64,000 nt of DNA, taken from positions 53,614-117,613 of IMG/VR virus record IMGVR_UViG_3300032307_000723, one strand, 5' to 3'. Below, one piece after another: positions 7,647-17,391 of the stretch (its first letter is position 1; each line of letters begins with the position of its first letter). The notes beneath the pieces are model-generated. The model ran no database searches. It was given only the letters and a program-made list of their open reading frames with translations, and was not told the origin of the DNA. Source of the stretch: a virus. The position numbers and the translations under genes are program-made.

Positions 7647-8058
7647 TAAGAAAGCCAGATTTGAATATGAATTTCTACAGACTGAGATTTGCGGTATTCA
7701 ATTGGTAGGTTCTGAGGTTAAGTCAATCCGTCAGGGAAAAGTATCCATATCTGAAGGGTATTGTTATTTCAAAGATGGTGAGTTATTCGTAAAGGGTATG
7801 AATATATCTGACTACGGGTTTGGTTCATTTCATGAGACCGTTAGGGACCGTAAGTTATTATTAAAACGAAAAGAGTTGAATGAATTGGAATCAAAACTTA
7901 TCAACGGACTTACCATTGTTCCTCATAGAGTGTTTCTTAATGGTAAAGGATTGATTAAAATGGAGATTGTTCTTGCTAAAGGTAAAAAGATTCACGATAA
8001 AAGAGAAAGTATTAAATCTCGAGACATTGACCGGGATATGAAAAGAGTTCAACTATGA
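7621..8058 (+). CDS. smpB: SsrA-binding protein SmpB
   Basis: NKKARFEYEF...GIQLVGSEVKSIRQG...RDRKLLL...GLTIVP...KGKKIHDKRESIKSRD. Confidence 0.96.
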   Translation: MNKSINIINKKARFEYEFLQTEICGIQLVGSEVKSIRQGKVSISEGYCYFKDGELFVKGMNISDYGFGSFHETVRDRKLLLKRKELNELESKLINGLTIVPHRVFLNGKGLIKMEIVLAKGKKIHDKRESIKSRDIDRDMKRVQL

Positions 8059-8942
8059 ATGTAATTTGGGTTGCTGAAGACATTAAAAAAGATGGTACGT
8101 TTAAACAAAGTAAACCGGAACTAATGTGTACGGTTTCTTGTGTTTTATTCGTGAAACATTATTATCCGGAATTTAAAAGAATATTTTTTGTGGATGATTT
8201 CACCAAAGAATATTATAATCAATTTGGTATTTTAGAATTGTTTGATGAGGTTAACGATACCTTATTGAATGAACCGATTGATATTGATAAAGAAATATTT
8301 TGGGCGGCTAGTAAAATTATGGCACAAAGAATAACTCCCGGGCCAACCATTACATTTGATTTAGATTTTAGGATTTATGATGACATATCTAAATTAGGTG
8401 TGTTTGATGGAGATGTAAGTTGTTTGTGGTTAGAAGAAATTAATAACGAGTTTTATGGGAAACCGGAGAATCTCTTAAAATACCCAAATTTAAAATGGGA
8501 TTTTAATTGGACAGACAATGCTCTGAATGTTTCATTTCTTTATTTGAAAGATGAAGACTTCAAGAATAGATATTGTGATTTGGCGTTAGAGTTCATGAAA
8601 TCATCATATGGTAGAATCCCCAAAAATTTAGATAGAGTACAGAACAATAAGTTTATATTGTTTATTGAACAATATATGTTATATCAGTTGTGTTTAAGTC
8701 ATAATCAGAAGGTAAAATTATTGATAGATGATTTCTATCCGATTAAAGACAATATCGTGAGCGGGTGTGGTGTTAATATGAGTACTTGTTGTAATCATTT
8801 TTACCATTTTGGAGACCATAAAAAATTGATGGAGATAGATAACGAGTTCTATTGGAATGAAGTTAACCTATGTTACGAAATCACAAATAAAAATATTAGT
8901 GATGAATATGGGCTAAATGTATTTAATAAAATTTATAATTAA
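8055..8942 (+). CDS. Hypothetical protein, possibly nucleotide-sugar transferase-like (DUF6734-like)
   Basis: FWAASKI and FDLDF (DxD) motifs, NVSFLY, FIEQY. Confidence 0.45.
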   Translation: MNVIWVAEDIKKDGTFKQSKPELMCTVSCVLFVKHYYPEFKRIFFVDDFTKEYYNQFGILELFDEVNDTLLNEPIDIDKEIFWAASKIMAQRITPGPTITFDLDFRIYDDISKLGVFDGDVSCLWLEEINNEFYGKPENLLKYPNLKWDFNWTDNALNVSFLYLKDEDFKNRYCDLALEFMKSSYGRIPKNLDRVQNNKFILFIEQYMLYQLCLSHNQKVKLLIDDFYPIKDNIVSGCGVNMSTCCNHFYHFGDHKKLMEIDNEFYWNEVNLCYEITNKNISDEYGLNVFNKIYN

Positions 8943-8965
8943 GTGATAAATAACTAATTATAGTA

Positions 8966-9484
8966 ATGAAAGTTACTTGTGGGTTAACATATTATTATGA
9001 GGATTTTATTACTATTGAAGAACAAAGATTCTTAAGTGAATGGGTATTAAATAATGAAGAAAATTTAATTCCAAATCCAACGGGACCATATCGTAAAAGA
9101 AAAGTATTAAATAAATTACCGGACTATCCAAACATTTTAACTGAATTAAAAGAAAGAATTATACGATTGGAGAATCTTAATATTTCAGAAGATATTATAA
9201 CAAATGGTGACCAAGATATTGTTAGTGTTCAACGAAATATGGGAATGGTTCCGGAACATATTGATTATGATAGGATTGAAGGGTATTATTTGAGGAGATA
9301 TAATATATTTGTTTCTTTACCTGAAGAAGGTGGATTACCCGTATATGATGGGAAGGTTATTGAGTTGAAGGAAAGATGTGTGTTGAAAGTAGATGCTGGA
9401 TTAATATCCCATTCGACTACTAAAATAAATGGTGAGATACCTCGTATAATGTTATCTTATGGTTTTAATATAAAAAGAATATAA
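8966..9484 (+). CDS. 2OG-Fe(II) oxygenase superfamily protein
   Basis: HxD (PEHID), distal H (SHST) and RxxLS (PRIMLSYG). Confidence 0.75.
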   Translation: MKVTCGLTYYYEDFITIEEQRFLSEWVLNNEENLIPNPTGPYRKRKVLNKLPDYPNILTELKERIIRLENLNISEDIITNGDQDIVSVQRNMGMVPEHIDYDRIEGYYLRRYNIFVSLPEEGGLPVYDGKVIELKERCVLKVDAGLISHSTTKINGEIPRIMLSYGFNIKRI

Positions 9485-9541
9485 TTTTATTTGTGAGTTT
9501 GTAAAAAATGATTATCTTTGTCCCAATAAAAAGATATAAAA

Positions 9542-9820
9542 ATGGAATTACCTAATTTTAATGTTAAGATTCAAAGTGAGAAGTTTGGAGTTTTGTTAAA
9601 TGAAAATTTTTTTGACAGAACTCAGTTCAAAATATTTATCAGTATGGTTCAAGGGTCTATTGAATTAAAAAATGATTTTACATTTTTTAACGGGAATGAT
9701 TTTTTGGTTCATATTCCTCACAAATATTTAATTGAATCTATTGTAACAACAAGTATGGATTTATCATTGACATTAACTGAGCACATGGCTAAAAAAATGA
9801 AATTAGAAGAATCTATTTGA
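9542..9820 (+). CDS. Hypothetical protein
   Basis: ORF behind TAnnTTTG (9513). Confidence 0.7.
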   Translation: MELPNFNVKIQSEKFGVLLNENFFDRTQFKIFISMVQGSIELKNDFTFFNGNDFLVHIPHKYLIESIVTTSMDLSLTLTEHMAKKMKLEESI

Positions 9821-9874
9821 TTTCCAAGTTAGATTAAACTTGGTGGTGGAGTCGGTACAAACTAGTACAGACCT

Positions 9875-9906
9875 AAAAAAAGGGACATTTAGTCCCTTTT
9901 TTTTTT
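9875..9906. terminator. Bidirectional terminator between convergent genes
   Basis: A-tract, GGGAC-ATTTA-GTCCC, T-tract. Confidence 0.85.
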
Positions 9907-10402
9907 ATTGTTGTCTATCAAACCAAATCCCAAATCCACAATTTTCCCTGATAAAATCAAAACATTCGTCTCTTATGTTGTCAATCATTTCATCAAATTC
10001 ACCCCATTCACCCATTCCTAAATTTTCGTAAATTTCATCCATGTTTGAATCATACTCTTCACCATTTTCATCAACCCCGGTTAATCTATTATCACCCCAA
10101 CTCCAATCAATAAGAACTGCGTCTCCGGTTTCGTCTAAATCAATTCTTGATTGATGTATCTCAAGGTAAATATAATTGCGATTCTCACTATCCAAAGGTA
10201 CTCTAATCCCTTTTCCGTCTTTGTTTAGTTTGGAAAGTGCTCTCTCAGTAAATTCATTAGCTTTTATTTCTCCAACTTCTTTTATCAAATCAGGTAAAAA
10301 ATTATCTAAATCATAATCCATCGACCTGGCTATTGACATTGTATTGGGACTAGGATATCCCATCTTATTCATTACTTTTAAAAATCTATTTAACTCACTC
10401 AT
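9905..10402 (-). CDS. Hypothetical acidic protein
   Basis: 165 aa ORF in operon with the upstream Zn-finger gene. Confidence 0.75.
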   Translation of the reverse strand: MSELNRFLKVMNKMGYPSPNTMSIARSMDYDLDNFLPDLIKEVGEIKANEFTERALSKLNKDGKGIRVPLDSENRNYIYLEIHQSRIDLDETGDAVLIDWSWGDNRLTGVDENGEEYDSNMDEIYENLGMGEWGEFDEMIDNIRDECFDFIRENCGFGIWFDRQQ

Positions 10403-10416
10403 TTGTTTTAATACTA

Positions 10417-11268
10417 TCAGCTAAAATTACTCAGGTTTTGAAATGGTATATTAATAACAACCATACCATTTTGAGTTATTTTAAGTTTAGGGTTATCATC
10501 GTGTCCAAAACAATAGACCTCATTGGCATTAAATCCTTTTTTGAACTCAAGATAATTATCATCACCATAATACTTAATAACTAAGTAATTGTTTTCTTGA
10601 TGATAATTTTCGGTTGTTGTTATTGGTACCAAAGTATTTTCAAATTCAATTGATTCTTGATTTAACTTTTTATTCCAACTTGCAATAACTTCTATTTCGT
10701 AATTCCAATCATCAGTTTCAATCTCACCGATTTCATCACATTCTTGACAAGGTTCAATTCTACTTCCATAACATTCAGGACATTCTTCAACAGTATTACC
10801 ATGACATGAAGAACAAGTCCTAAGACCATCACCATTACAATCCCAACATGATTCTTCTTCATTATCAGGGTCAATACCACTACCATTACAGGTATCACAA
10901 GCAACTTCTCCGGTTGCGTCACATTCTTCACAAGGAGCTTCTCCAGTTCCATCACAGGTATTACATTCAACTTGTCCATCTCCTGCACAAACTTCACATA
11001 ATTCACGGTGATTAGACCCATCACTAAATAACATGTATAGGAATATTAAATCGTTTAGTATTTCTTCTCCTAATTCAAAAGATTGTGTTTTTTTATATGA
11101 GTAGATTAGAAATGTTAATTTAATGATGTTTTCTCCACCTATTATTTCAAAATAATCCAATTGTTTCTTTGACAAAGTTATCAATTCATCATAGACATCT
11201 TGAGGTGTCTCAGAATATTTTACAATATCTTCAAGTCTAATAGCAATTTTTTTTAATTTTTCGTTCAT
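10417..11268 (-). CDS. Protein with DnaJ-type CxxCxGxG zinc-finger repeats, no J domain
   Basis: Eight CxxC units (CEVCAGDG, CNTCDGTG, CDTCNGSG, CWDCNGDG, ...). Confidence 0.8.
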   Translation of the reverse strand: MNEKLKKIAIRLEDIVKYSETPQDVYDELITLSKKQLDYFEIIGGENIIKLTFLIYSYKKTQSFELGEEILNDLIFLYMLFSDGSNHRELCEVCAGDGQVECNTCDGTGEAPCEECDATGEVACDTCNGSGIDPDNEEESCWDCNGDGLRTCSSCHGNTVEECPECYGSRIEPCQECDEIGEIETDDWNYEIEVIASWNKKLNQESIEFENTLVPITTTENYHQENNYLVIKYYGDDNYLEFKKGFNANEVYCFGHDDNPKLKITQNGMVVINIPFQNLSNFS

Positions 11269-11346
11269 ATTATGTTAAATATTAACAATAAATAGATTTG
11301 TTTTAGGAAAGATATTAATTATATTTTTATTATAAACTCGTATAAT

Positions 11347-11634
11347 ATGTCAATTAAAATTAAAATCACAGAAGAAGAAATTTTGAGTAAACCAAATGAC
11401 TCTGAATTAGGGTCATACATTAGATATAAATACTTGGTTCAAAAGGACTCATTAAAACAAGAGAAGGATGTGTTATCTCTTGGACAAATACCCGATGACG
11501 AACCGGAGAGATGTTTGGTTTGTGGTGAATTCACACCATACACTAAAGACACTCATGTTGATTTTAGGGTGGGTTATATTAGAGGGGCTGGTCAAGGATG
11601 TTACACACCAATAAAATGTGAAAAAAATAATTAA
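11347..11634 (+). CDS. Hypothetical protein (CxxC)
   Basis: CLVCG...RVGYIRGAGQGC. Confidence 0.65.
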   Translation: MSIKIKITEEEILSKPNDSELGSYIRYKYLVQKDSLKQEKDVLSLGQIPDDEPERCLVCGEFTPYTKDTHVDFRVGYIRGAGQGCYTPIKCEKNN

Positions 11635-11692
11635 ATTGTTTTGTGGTTTAAATTAATTCCTTATCTTTGTACTCAATAAAAACCACTACCAT

Positions 11693-12427
11693 ATGTCACA
11701 CACTACCATTTCAAAAGTTCGTAATTATCAAGGAAACAATTCATTTGTAAATAAAATGAAAGATGTTGTTAACAAATACGGTTCATTAACCGTTAAACAA
11801 GTTGAAGCAGTTGAAAAATGTCTTAAATCTACTGCGGTTGTTGAGACTAAAGAATTACCTGAAGACGTTAAGAGAATTGTTGATTACGTAGGTGAGAACT
11901 CTTTTGTTAAAGAGATTGGTTCTAAGTTCAAAAAGTATGGTACTTTAACTGAGAAACAAATCTCAGCAGCAATTAACCAAATTCAAAAAGAAGAGGATAA
12001 AGAAAGAACGATTCGTATGAATTGGCCGACAATCGGTGAGACAATTAAAATCACTCGTAAAGTTGGGGAAGAGTTGAAAAAAACTTATGACCTTCAATTC
12101 AATCCTATCTTACTTGATATTACAAGATTGAAAGCAGTTAGTCCTAAAGCAGTTCAGTTTGTCGGTAAGATGACTGTTAACCGAGGTAAAGTTTGTACTT
12201 GTTGTGGTAGAACCCTGACTGATGAGTTCTCAATGTTAACCGGAATTGGTAGATTATGTGCAAAACACATCGGGGTTGAATATATCACTGACCGAAGTCA
12301 AGCTGATAGATTCCGTAACGAATACCTTGACAGAGTTGAGGAAATTGGTGAGATGGAGTTTTGGATTCCAAAATCACAAATTGTGAAGTGGGACGGAATT
12401 ACAGAGAAAATTTTAAGAACAATGTAA
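11693..12427 (+). CDS. DUF6011-like zinc-binding domain protein
   Basis: CTCCGRTLTDEFSMLTGIGRLCAKH motif. Confidence 0.6.
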   Translation: MSHTTISKVRNYQGNNSFVNKMKDVVNKYGSLTVKQVEAVEKCLKSTAVVETKELPEDVKRIVDYVGENSFVKEIGSKFKKYGTLTEKQISAAINQIQKEEDKERTIRMNWPTIGETIKITRKVGEELKKTYDLQFNPILLDITRLKAVSPKAVQFVGKMTVNRGKVCTCCGRTLTDEFSMLTGIGRLCAKHIGVEYITDRSQADRFRNEYLDRVEEIGEMEFWIPKSQIVKWDGITEKILRTM

Positions 12428-12437
12428 ATTATAGGGT

Positions 12438-12770
12438 ATGAGTGGAGGAGCTTTTAATTATGACCAATACAAGATTGGTTATATGGTTGACCAAATAGAG
12501 GAGACGGTGGTAAAGAACGGGGTCGAGAAGACCCCGGAAGACCTAAAAAATGAAGGTTGGAGAGACCCTGATTGGTATAAAAAATACCCGGAGGATTTGT
12601 TCCATTACAAATATCCTGATGAGGTTATTGAGAAAATGAAGGAAGGTATTGAAGTTCTTAAGAGAGCTCAGATATATGCTCAAAGAATTGATTGGTTGTT
12701 ATCGGGTGATGATGGTGAGGAATCATTCTTGAGAAGATTGGAAGAAGAGTTAAATGAATTAAACAAATAG
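12438..12770 (+). CDS. Hypothetical protein
   Basis: MSGGAFNY...WLLSGDDGEESF, 110 aa. Confidence 0.75.
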   Translation: MSGGAFNYDQYKIGYMVDQIEETVVKNGVEKTPEDLKNEGWRDPDWYKKYPEDLFHYKYPDEVIEKMKEGIEVLKRAQIYAQRIDWLLSGDDGEESFLRRLEEELNELNK

Positions 12771-12772
12771 TT

Positions 12773-13012
12773 ATGGGAAAAATTGATAATACTGAGTTAG
12801 AGTTTTATTTTTTTATGAAAGGTCAATCAGGGTCATTTCATACAAACCTATTCAAGACGATTATGAGTGCCGATTTTGGTAATCAATATAAACTTGCATT
12901 CGGTTTTCCGGATGAGGTTACGGTTGTCCAAAGATATCAGAAAGAAGATGGTTATTGGGAATCACTACAAGATAAATTCGAAAAGAAATTTAATGAAAAC
13001 AAAGAAGCCTAG
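12773..13012 (+). CDS. Hypothetical protein
   Basis: 79 aa, translationally coupled to neighbours. Confidence 0.7.
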   Translation: MGKIDNTELEFYFFMKGQSGSFHTNLFKTIMSADFGNQYKLAFGFPDEVTVVQRYQKEDGYWESLQDKFEKKFNENKEA

Positions 13013-14240
13013 TGCGATAGTTTACGGGTGGCATAAAGAAGGGGAAGAGATATTAGTTTCGGATGTTTATTTTCAAGAAGGGTTAGAGGATGAAGTAATA
13101 GTTTATTCTCTACCCTATACTGATGCTGTATTGGAAGACTATTCAAAGTATCAACCGGATTTAATTATATCAATTAATCAAGATATTAATGTTCCTCACG
13201 AATACCTTAAAAATAAACATATTAATGTCGAGGAACCATTACCTGATAATATTATTGCGAATATTATAGTATGTCAGGCGGTGTTTAAATCTTGTGAGGT
13301 TAATCGACCAAGGTTTTCTGTTTTTACACCTGTATATAAAACTGGTGAAAGGATTTTTAGAACCTATGAAGGATTAAAGAACCAAGTGTTTGATAATTGG
13401 GAATGGATTGTTGTTGATGATTCTCCTGACGAAGAAACTTGGAAATTACTAAAAGAAATATCAAATAATGATTATCGAGTTAAACTACATAGAATTTATC
13501 CATTGTCCGGTGGTAACATTGGATTAGTTAAACATAGGGCGGCTATGTTGGGTGAGGGAGATTGGTTAGTAGAACTTGACCATGACGACTATCTTACCAA
13601 CGAATGTTTATTAACTTGTAATGACGCTATTGAAAAATTCCCTGATGGTAAATTCATATACACAAATTGTGCTGAAATTTACGATGATGGTGAACCAAAA
13701 TACTACGACCACGATTGGACCGGTAATTGGTATGCGAGAGAAGATAACTATTTTGATTTTGGATACGCAGGACACTCTTGGGTGAATGTAGATGGTATTG
13801 ATAGACTTGCTCATCACTACCCGGATATTAATCCATTAACTATTAGATATAACATTAGTATGCCAAACCACGCTAGAATGTGGGAAAGAAAATTGTATCA
13901 TGAAATTGGTGGGCACAATACTAAAACTCCGGTTGCGGATGATTTGGAAATTATTATAAGAAGTTTTTTGAATACAAGGATGATTCATGTAAAAAAAGTG
14001 TTATACTTACAATACAACAATAAAAATAGTACGGTGGATAATAATGCCAACGACATTAACCGAAGAGCCCGATTAATTCGTGATTATTACGACAAGGCTA
14101 TTCATAACCGAATTATAGAACTAGGATTTCATGATTGGAATTGGATAGAAGAGGATGAACATTCTCAAAAATATCAAAACCGATGTCCAATTAGAAAGTA
14201 CTATGACGAAGAACAAGTAATGAATTACATTTATGAATAA
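12993..14240 (+). CDS. Glycosyltransferase family 2
   Basis: FSVFTPVY...WEWIVVDDS...ELDHDD (DxD)...DDLE; start moved to ATG 12993 (MKTKKPS). Confidence 0.88.
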   Translation: MKTKKPSAIVYGWHKEGEEILVSDVYFQEGLEDEVIVYSLPYTDAVLEDYSKYQPDLIISINQDINVPHEYLKNKHINVEEPLPDNIIANIIVCQAVFKSCEVNRPRFSVFTPVYKTGERIFRTYEGLKNQVFDNWEWIVVDDSPDEETWKLLKEISNNDYRVKLHRIYPLSGGNIGLVKHRAAMLGEGDWLVELDHDDYLTNECLLTCNDAIEKFPDGKFIYTNCAEIYDDGEPKYYDHDWTGNWYAREDNYFDFGYAGHSWVNVDGIDRLAHHYPDINPLTIRYNISMPNHARMWERKLYHEIGGHNTKTPVADDLEIIIRSFLNTRMIHVKKVLYLQYNNKNSTVDNNANDINRRARLIRDYYDKAIHNRIIELGFHDWNWIEEDEHSQKYQNRCPIRKYYDEEQVMNYIYE

Positions 14241-15390
14241 AAAAACAAGAATTTGTTTAAATGCAATGGTTGGTAATGAAGCCAAAACCATAACAAGAAT
14301 GTTGGAGTCCGTTGTTCCACACATTGACTATTACGTAATTCAATGTAATGGTAAAGAAGATAACACTCGAGAAATTATTGACAATTTCTTCAAGGAGAAA
14401 AACATTCCGGGTTATACTTACGAAACCGAATGGAATTTCCCTGGATTCAACAGAGACCATACACTTCAAGAGTGTTTGAGAGCTGACCACCAATGTGATT
14501 GGATTCTTAGAATGGATGCTGATGAAAGACTTCATGTTGATGATAACTTTGATTGGAGTGTTCTTGATGACACGTCAGTTGATAGTTATAATATCACTGC
14601 TCAGGCGGGAGATACAAGATATTTCAGAACTTGGTTTTGGAATGCTAAACGACCTTGGTTTTTCCAACATGATAAAAGACATGAAACAATTCATTTGCCT
14701 GAAATTGGAGAAGGGTTTACGAGATTTAACATGCCTTACGGGTTTAGACATTTGGTCTCTCAAGATGGTGAGACTTGGGATGTCCCAAGAAAATTTCTTA
14801 AAGATGCTTTAGAATTAGAAATTGATAAAGTTGTTGGGTATAAAGTATTAGACGACCATTATCATTTATGGTATCTTGCTAAGAGTTATGCAGATTGTTA
14901 TGGTAATCCAAATGAATTACCTTTTGGTCAAACTCATTCAGAAGAATACGCTAGAAGGTCTATATGGTATTTTAGTAGATATTTTGAAGTATCTCATAAT
15001 TGGGATGGGAATGGAGTTCCCGAAAGAGAAGATGAAATGGGATATTTTGCGTTAATATTGATGGCTCAGGCATATGACTTTATGAAAGAGTATGAAAAAT
15101 CAAAAAATCATTACATGGCCGCTGAGTTATTCATTAAAGACAGAAATGAACATTTATTATATCATTGTTTTTCATTGGAACAACAAGGTAAATACGATGA
15201 AATTTTACCTATAATTGATAGAATGAGTATTCCTGAAAAAATTAATCCATTCCCAAATAGGACCTTTTTAATTGAAGACAGAGCTTACCTTAACACAAGT
15301 AATTTTTTAAATGAATATAAATCAAATATTCAAAGAAGAATGAGTGAACATAGAGTAAATATGGATAGTGTAACATTTGATTTTAAATAA
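14233..15390 (+). CDS. Glycosyltransferase family 2 with helical/TPR-like C-terminus
   Basis: ICLNAMVGNEAKTITRMLESV...DWILRMDADE...HETI; C-terminal WYLAKSY and YFALILMAQAY helices. Confidence 0.8.
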   Translation: MNKKTRICLNAMVGNEAKTITRMLESVVPHIDYYVIQCNGKEDNTREIIDNFFKEKNIPGYTYETEWNFPGFNRDHTLQECLRADHQCDWILRMDADERLHVDDNFDWSVLDDTSVDSYNITAQAGDTRYFRTWFWNAKRPWFFQHDKRHETIHLPEIGEGFTRFNMPYGFRHLVSQDGETWDVPRKFLKDALELEIDKVVGYKVLDDHYHLWYLAKSYADCYGNPNELPFGQTHSEEYARRSIWYFSRYFEVSHNWDGNGVPEREDEMGYFALILMAQAYDFMKEYEKSKNHYMAAELFIKDRNEHLLYHCFSLEQQGKYDEILPIIDRMSIPEKINPFPNRTFLIEDRAYLNTSNFLNEYKSNIQRRMSEHRVNMDSVTFDFK

Positions 15391-15392
15391 GA

Positions 15393-16508
15393 TTGAAAAC
15401 AAAACCAAAATATGATTATTTGATAGTTGGAGCCGGAATATTCGGCTCTACTTGTGCGTATGAATTAACTAAACGAGGTAAAAAATGTTTAGTTATTGAC
15501 AAGAGAGATGTAATTGGTGGGAATTGTTATACCGAGAATGTGGATGGTATTCACGTTCATAAGTATGGGGCACATATTTTTCACACCAATGATAAACATT
15601 TGTGGGATTATGTGAATCAGTTTACAGAGTTTAGACAATACACTCATAATGTGATTGCCAATTATAAAAATAAGATGTTTACATTACCTTTTAATATGTG
15701 GACATTCAACCAACTATGGAATGTTAATGAGCCTGAAGAGGCCAAACAAATTCTAATGAGCCAAACATATTCCGGTGAAATAACAAATCTTGAGGAACAA
15801 GCCTTATCAATGGTTGGTAAAGATGTTTATGAAAAACTAATTAAAGGTTATACTGAGAAACAATGGAATCGACCTTGTGATGAGTTACCTTCATCAATAA
15901 TTAAAAGAATTCCGGTTAGGTTTACTTGGGATAGTAATTATTTCAGTGATAAATATGTTGGAATGCCGGTTGGGGGTTACACTCAAATATTTGAAAAAAT
16001 GTTAGAAGGTTGTGATGTGATGTTGAATACCAATTACTTCCAAGACCAACTATCATTTGATTTGATGGCTGATACGACAATATACACCGGACCAATAGAT
16101 ACATTCTTTGGGTACAAATATGGTAAATTAGAATATCGTAGTTTAAATTGGGTAACCAAAAAACTTGAACAGGATAACTTTCAGGGTGTTCCGGTTATGA
16201 ATTACACAGATAATGAAACACCATTCACAAGAATATTGGAGCATAAATGGTTTGACCCACAGAACCAAAAGGGTACAATTGTTAGTTACGAATATCCAAC
16301 AGATTACGATGGTACCAACGAACCATATTATCCAATTAGAGACAATAAAAACGTTGAAGTATATGAGAAGTATAAAGATTTAACTAAGTCACTTAAAACT
16401 CACATATTTGGTGGTAGATTGGGTTCCTATGTTTATTATGATATGCATCAAGTAATTGCACAAGCGTTAAAACTAATCAAGGACCTTGACAACACAGAAA
16501 CAAAATAA
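15393..16508 (+). CDS. glf: UDP-galactopyranose mutase
   Basis: YDYLIVGAGIFG FAD motif, HKYGAHIFHTN, EPYYP, GGRLGSYVYYDMHQVI. Confidence 0.96.
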   Translation: MKTKPKYDYLIVGAGIFGSTCAYELTKRGKKCLVIDKRDVIGGNCYTENVDGIHVHKYGAHIFHTNDKHLWDYVNQFTEFRQYTHNVIANYKNKMFTLPFNMWTFNQLWNVNEPEEAKQILMSQTYSGEITNLEEQALSMVGKDVYEKLIKGYTEKQWNRPCDELPSSIIKRIPVRFTWDSNYFSDKYVGMPVGGYTQIFEKMLEGCDVMLNTNYFQDQLSFDLMADTTIYTGPIDTFFGYKYGKLEYRSLNWVTKKLEQDNFQGVPVMNYTDNETPFTRILEHKWFDPQNQKGTIVSYEYPTDYDGTNEPYYPIRDNKNVEVYEKYKDLTKSLKTHIFGGRLGSYVYYDMHQVIAQALKLIKDLDNTETK

Positions 16509-16531
16509 TATAATTAAATAAAACTTAAGAG

Positions 16532-16969
16532 ATGAACATCAAGAAAGCGTTAAAAGAGAAAAATAGAATAGTAAAAGAAATCCAAGACCTACAACTTAGA
16601 GTTGTTACTTATAACTCAATTGAGGTTGGGAATAAGAGACCATATTCTGTTAGAGAATCATTGGAATTACTTAATGAAAAAAGTAATGAGTTAGTGGAAC
16701 TTAAAACAAAAATCCACGTAGCGAACGCACCAATCTATAAACATATTTTTAGATTGTCGGAATTAAAATCTATGATTACAAGAATTAAAAACTTGGATTG
16801 TAATGAAGGGATTGTTCAAGATTACTACTCAAGAAATCGTGAGACACCAACAGTGAAAGAGACGGAAATCTCAATTGTTGAGAGAGATGAGATGGTTAAA
16901 CATATGGAAAACCAAATTGAGGAGATTCAAGATATCTTAGATAATCATAATCAAGTCACTGAAATTTAA
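16532..16969 (+). CDS. DIP1984/DUF6847-like coiled-coil protein
   Basis: MNIKKALKEKNRI..EI..L...YNS..G..RP...L.ELK.KI..AN...I..L.ELK pattern. Confidence 0.55.
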   Translation: MNIKKALKEKNRIVKEIQDLQLRVVTYNSIEVGNKRPYSVRESLELLNEKSNELVELKTKIHVANAPIYKHIFRLSELKSMITRIKNLDCNEGIVQDYYSRNRETPTVKETEISIVERDEMVKHMENQIEEIQDILDNHNQVTEI

Positions 16970-16970
16970 T

Positions 16971-17159
16971 ATGTGTGGTGATGTTGAATTTGACAAATGT
17001 GATTTTTGCCATGAAGAGAAACCGGTTGAGAGAACTTATCTAAGACCAACCAAATATGTTAAGCCGGAAACCCCTGAGGAATATTTGAAGTTGTATAACG
17101 AAGGTGGATATTTCATCATCGTTAAAACTTGTTTCGAGTGTGGGGTTCCTAAAGTATAG
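16971..17159 (+). CDS. Small zinc-ribbon-like protein
   Basis: CDFC...CFECG. Confidence 0.6.
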   Translation: MCGDVEFDKCDFCHEEKPVERTYLRPTKYVKPETPEEYLKLYNEGGYFIIVKTCFECGVPKV

Positions 17160-17348
17160 TTCAGTGTCCGGAAGGGATTTAATGTAATGTAATATTGACT
17201 ATCAATATTAAACATACAGACAATTATGGAGCATCGACGTTTTGATGATGATAAAGTATTCAAGCCTCAAGATTCAGCAGTTCAACATTAGTTTATCAAA
17301 CCTTAAAACTCTTTTTAACTTACTTATTGAACTTCCAACCTGACTATA
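17155..17348 (+). ncRNA. Structured intergenic RNA with periodic 7-8 nt units
   Basis: Ends pair: TATAGT-t-CAG/CTG-ACTATA and GGAAG/CTTCC; internal hairpin TAATATTGA-CTA-TCAATATTA; terminator at 17353-17376. Confidence 0.55.
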
Positions 17349-17391
17349 ACTTAACCCTCGAGAAATCGGGGGTTTTGTATATTTATATGTT

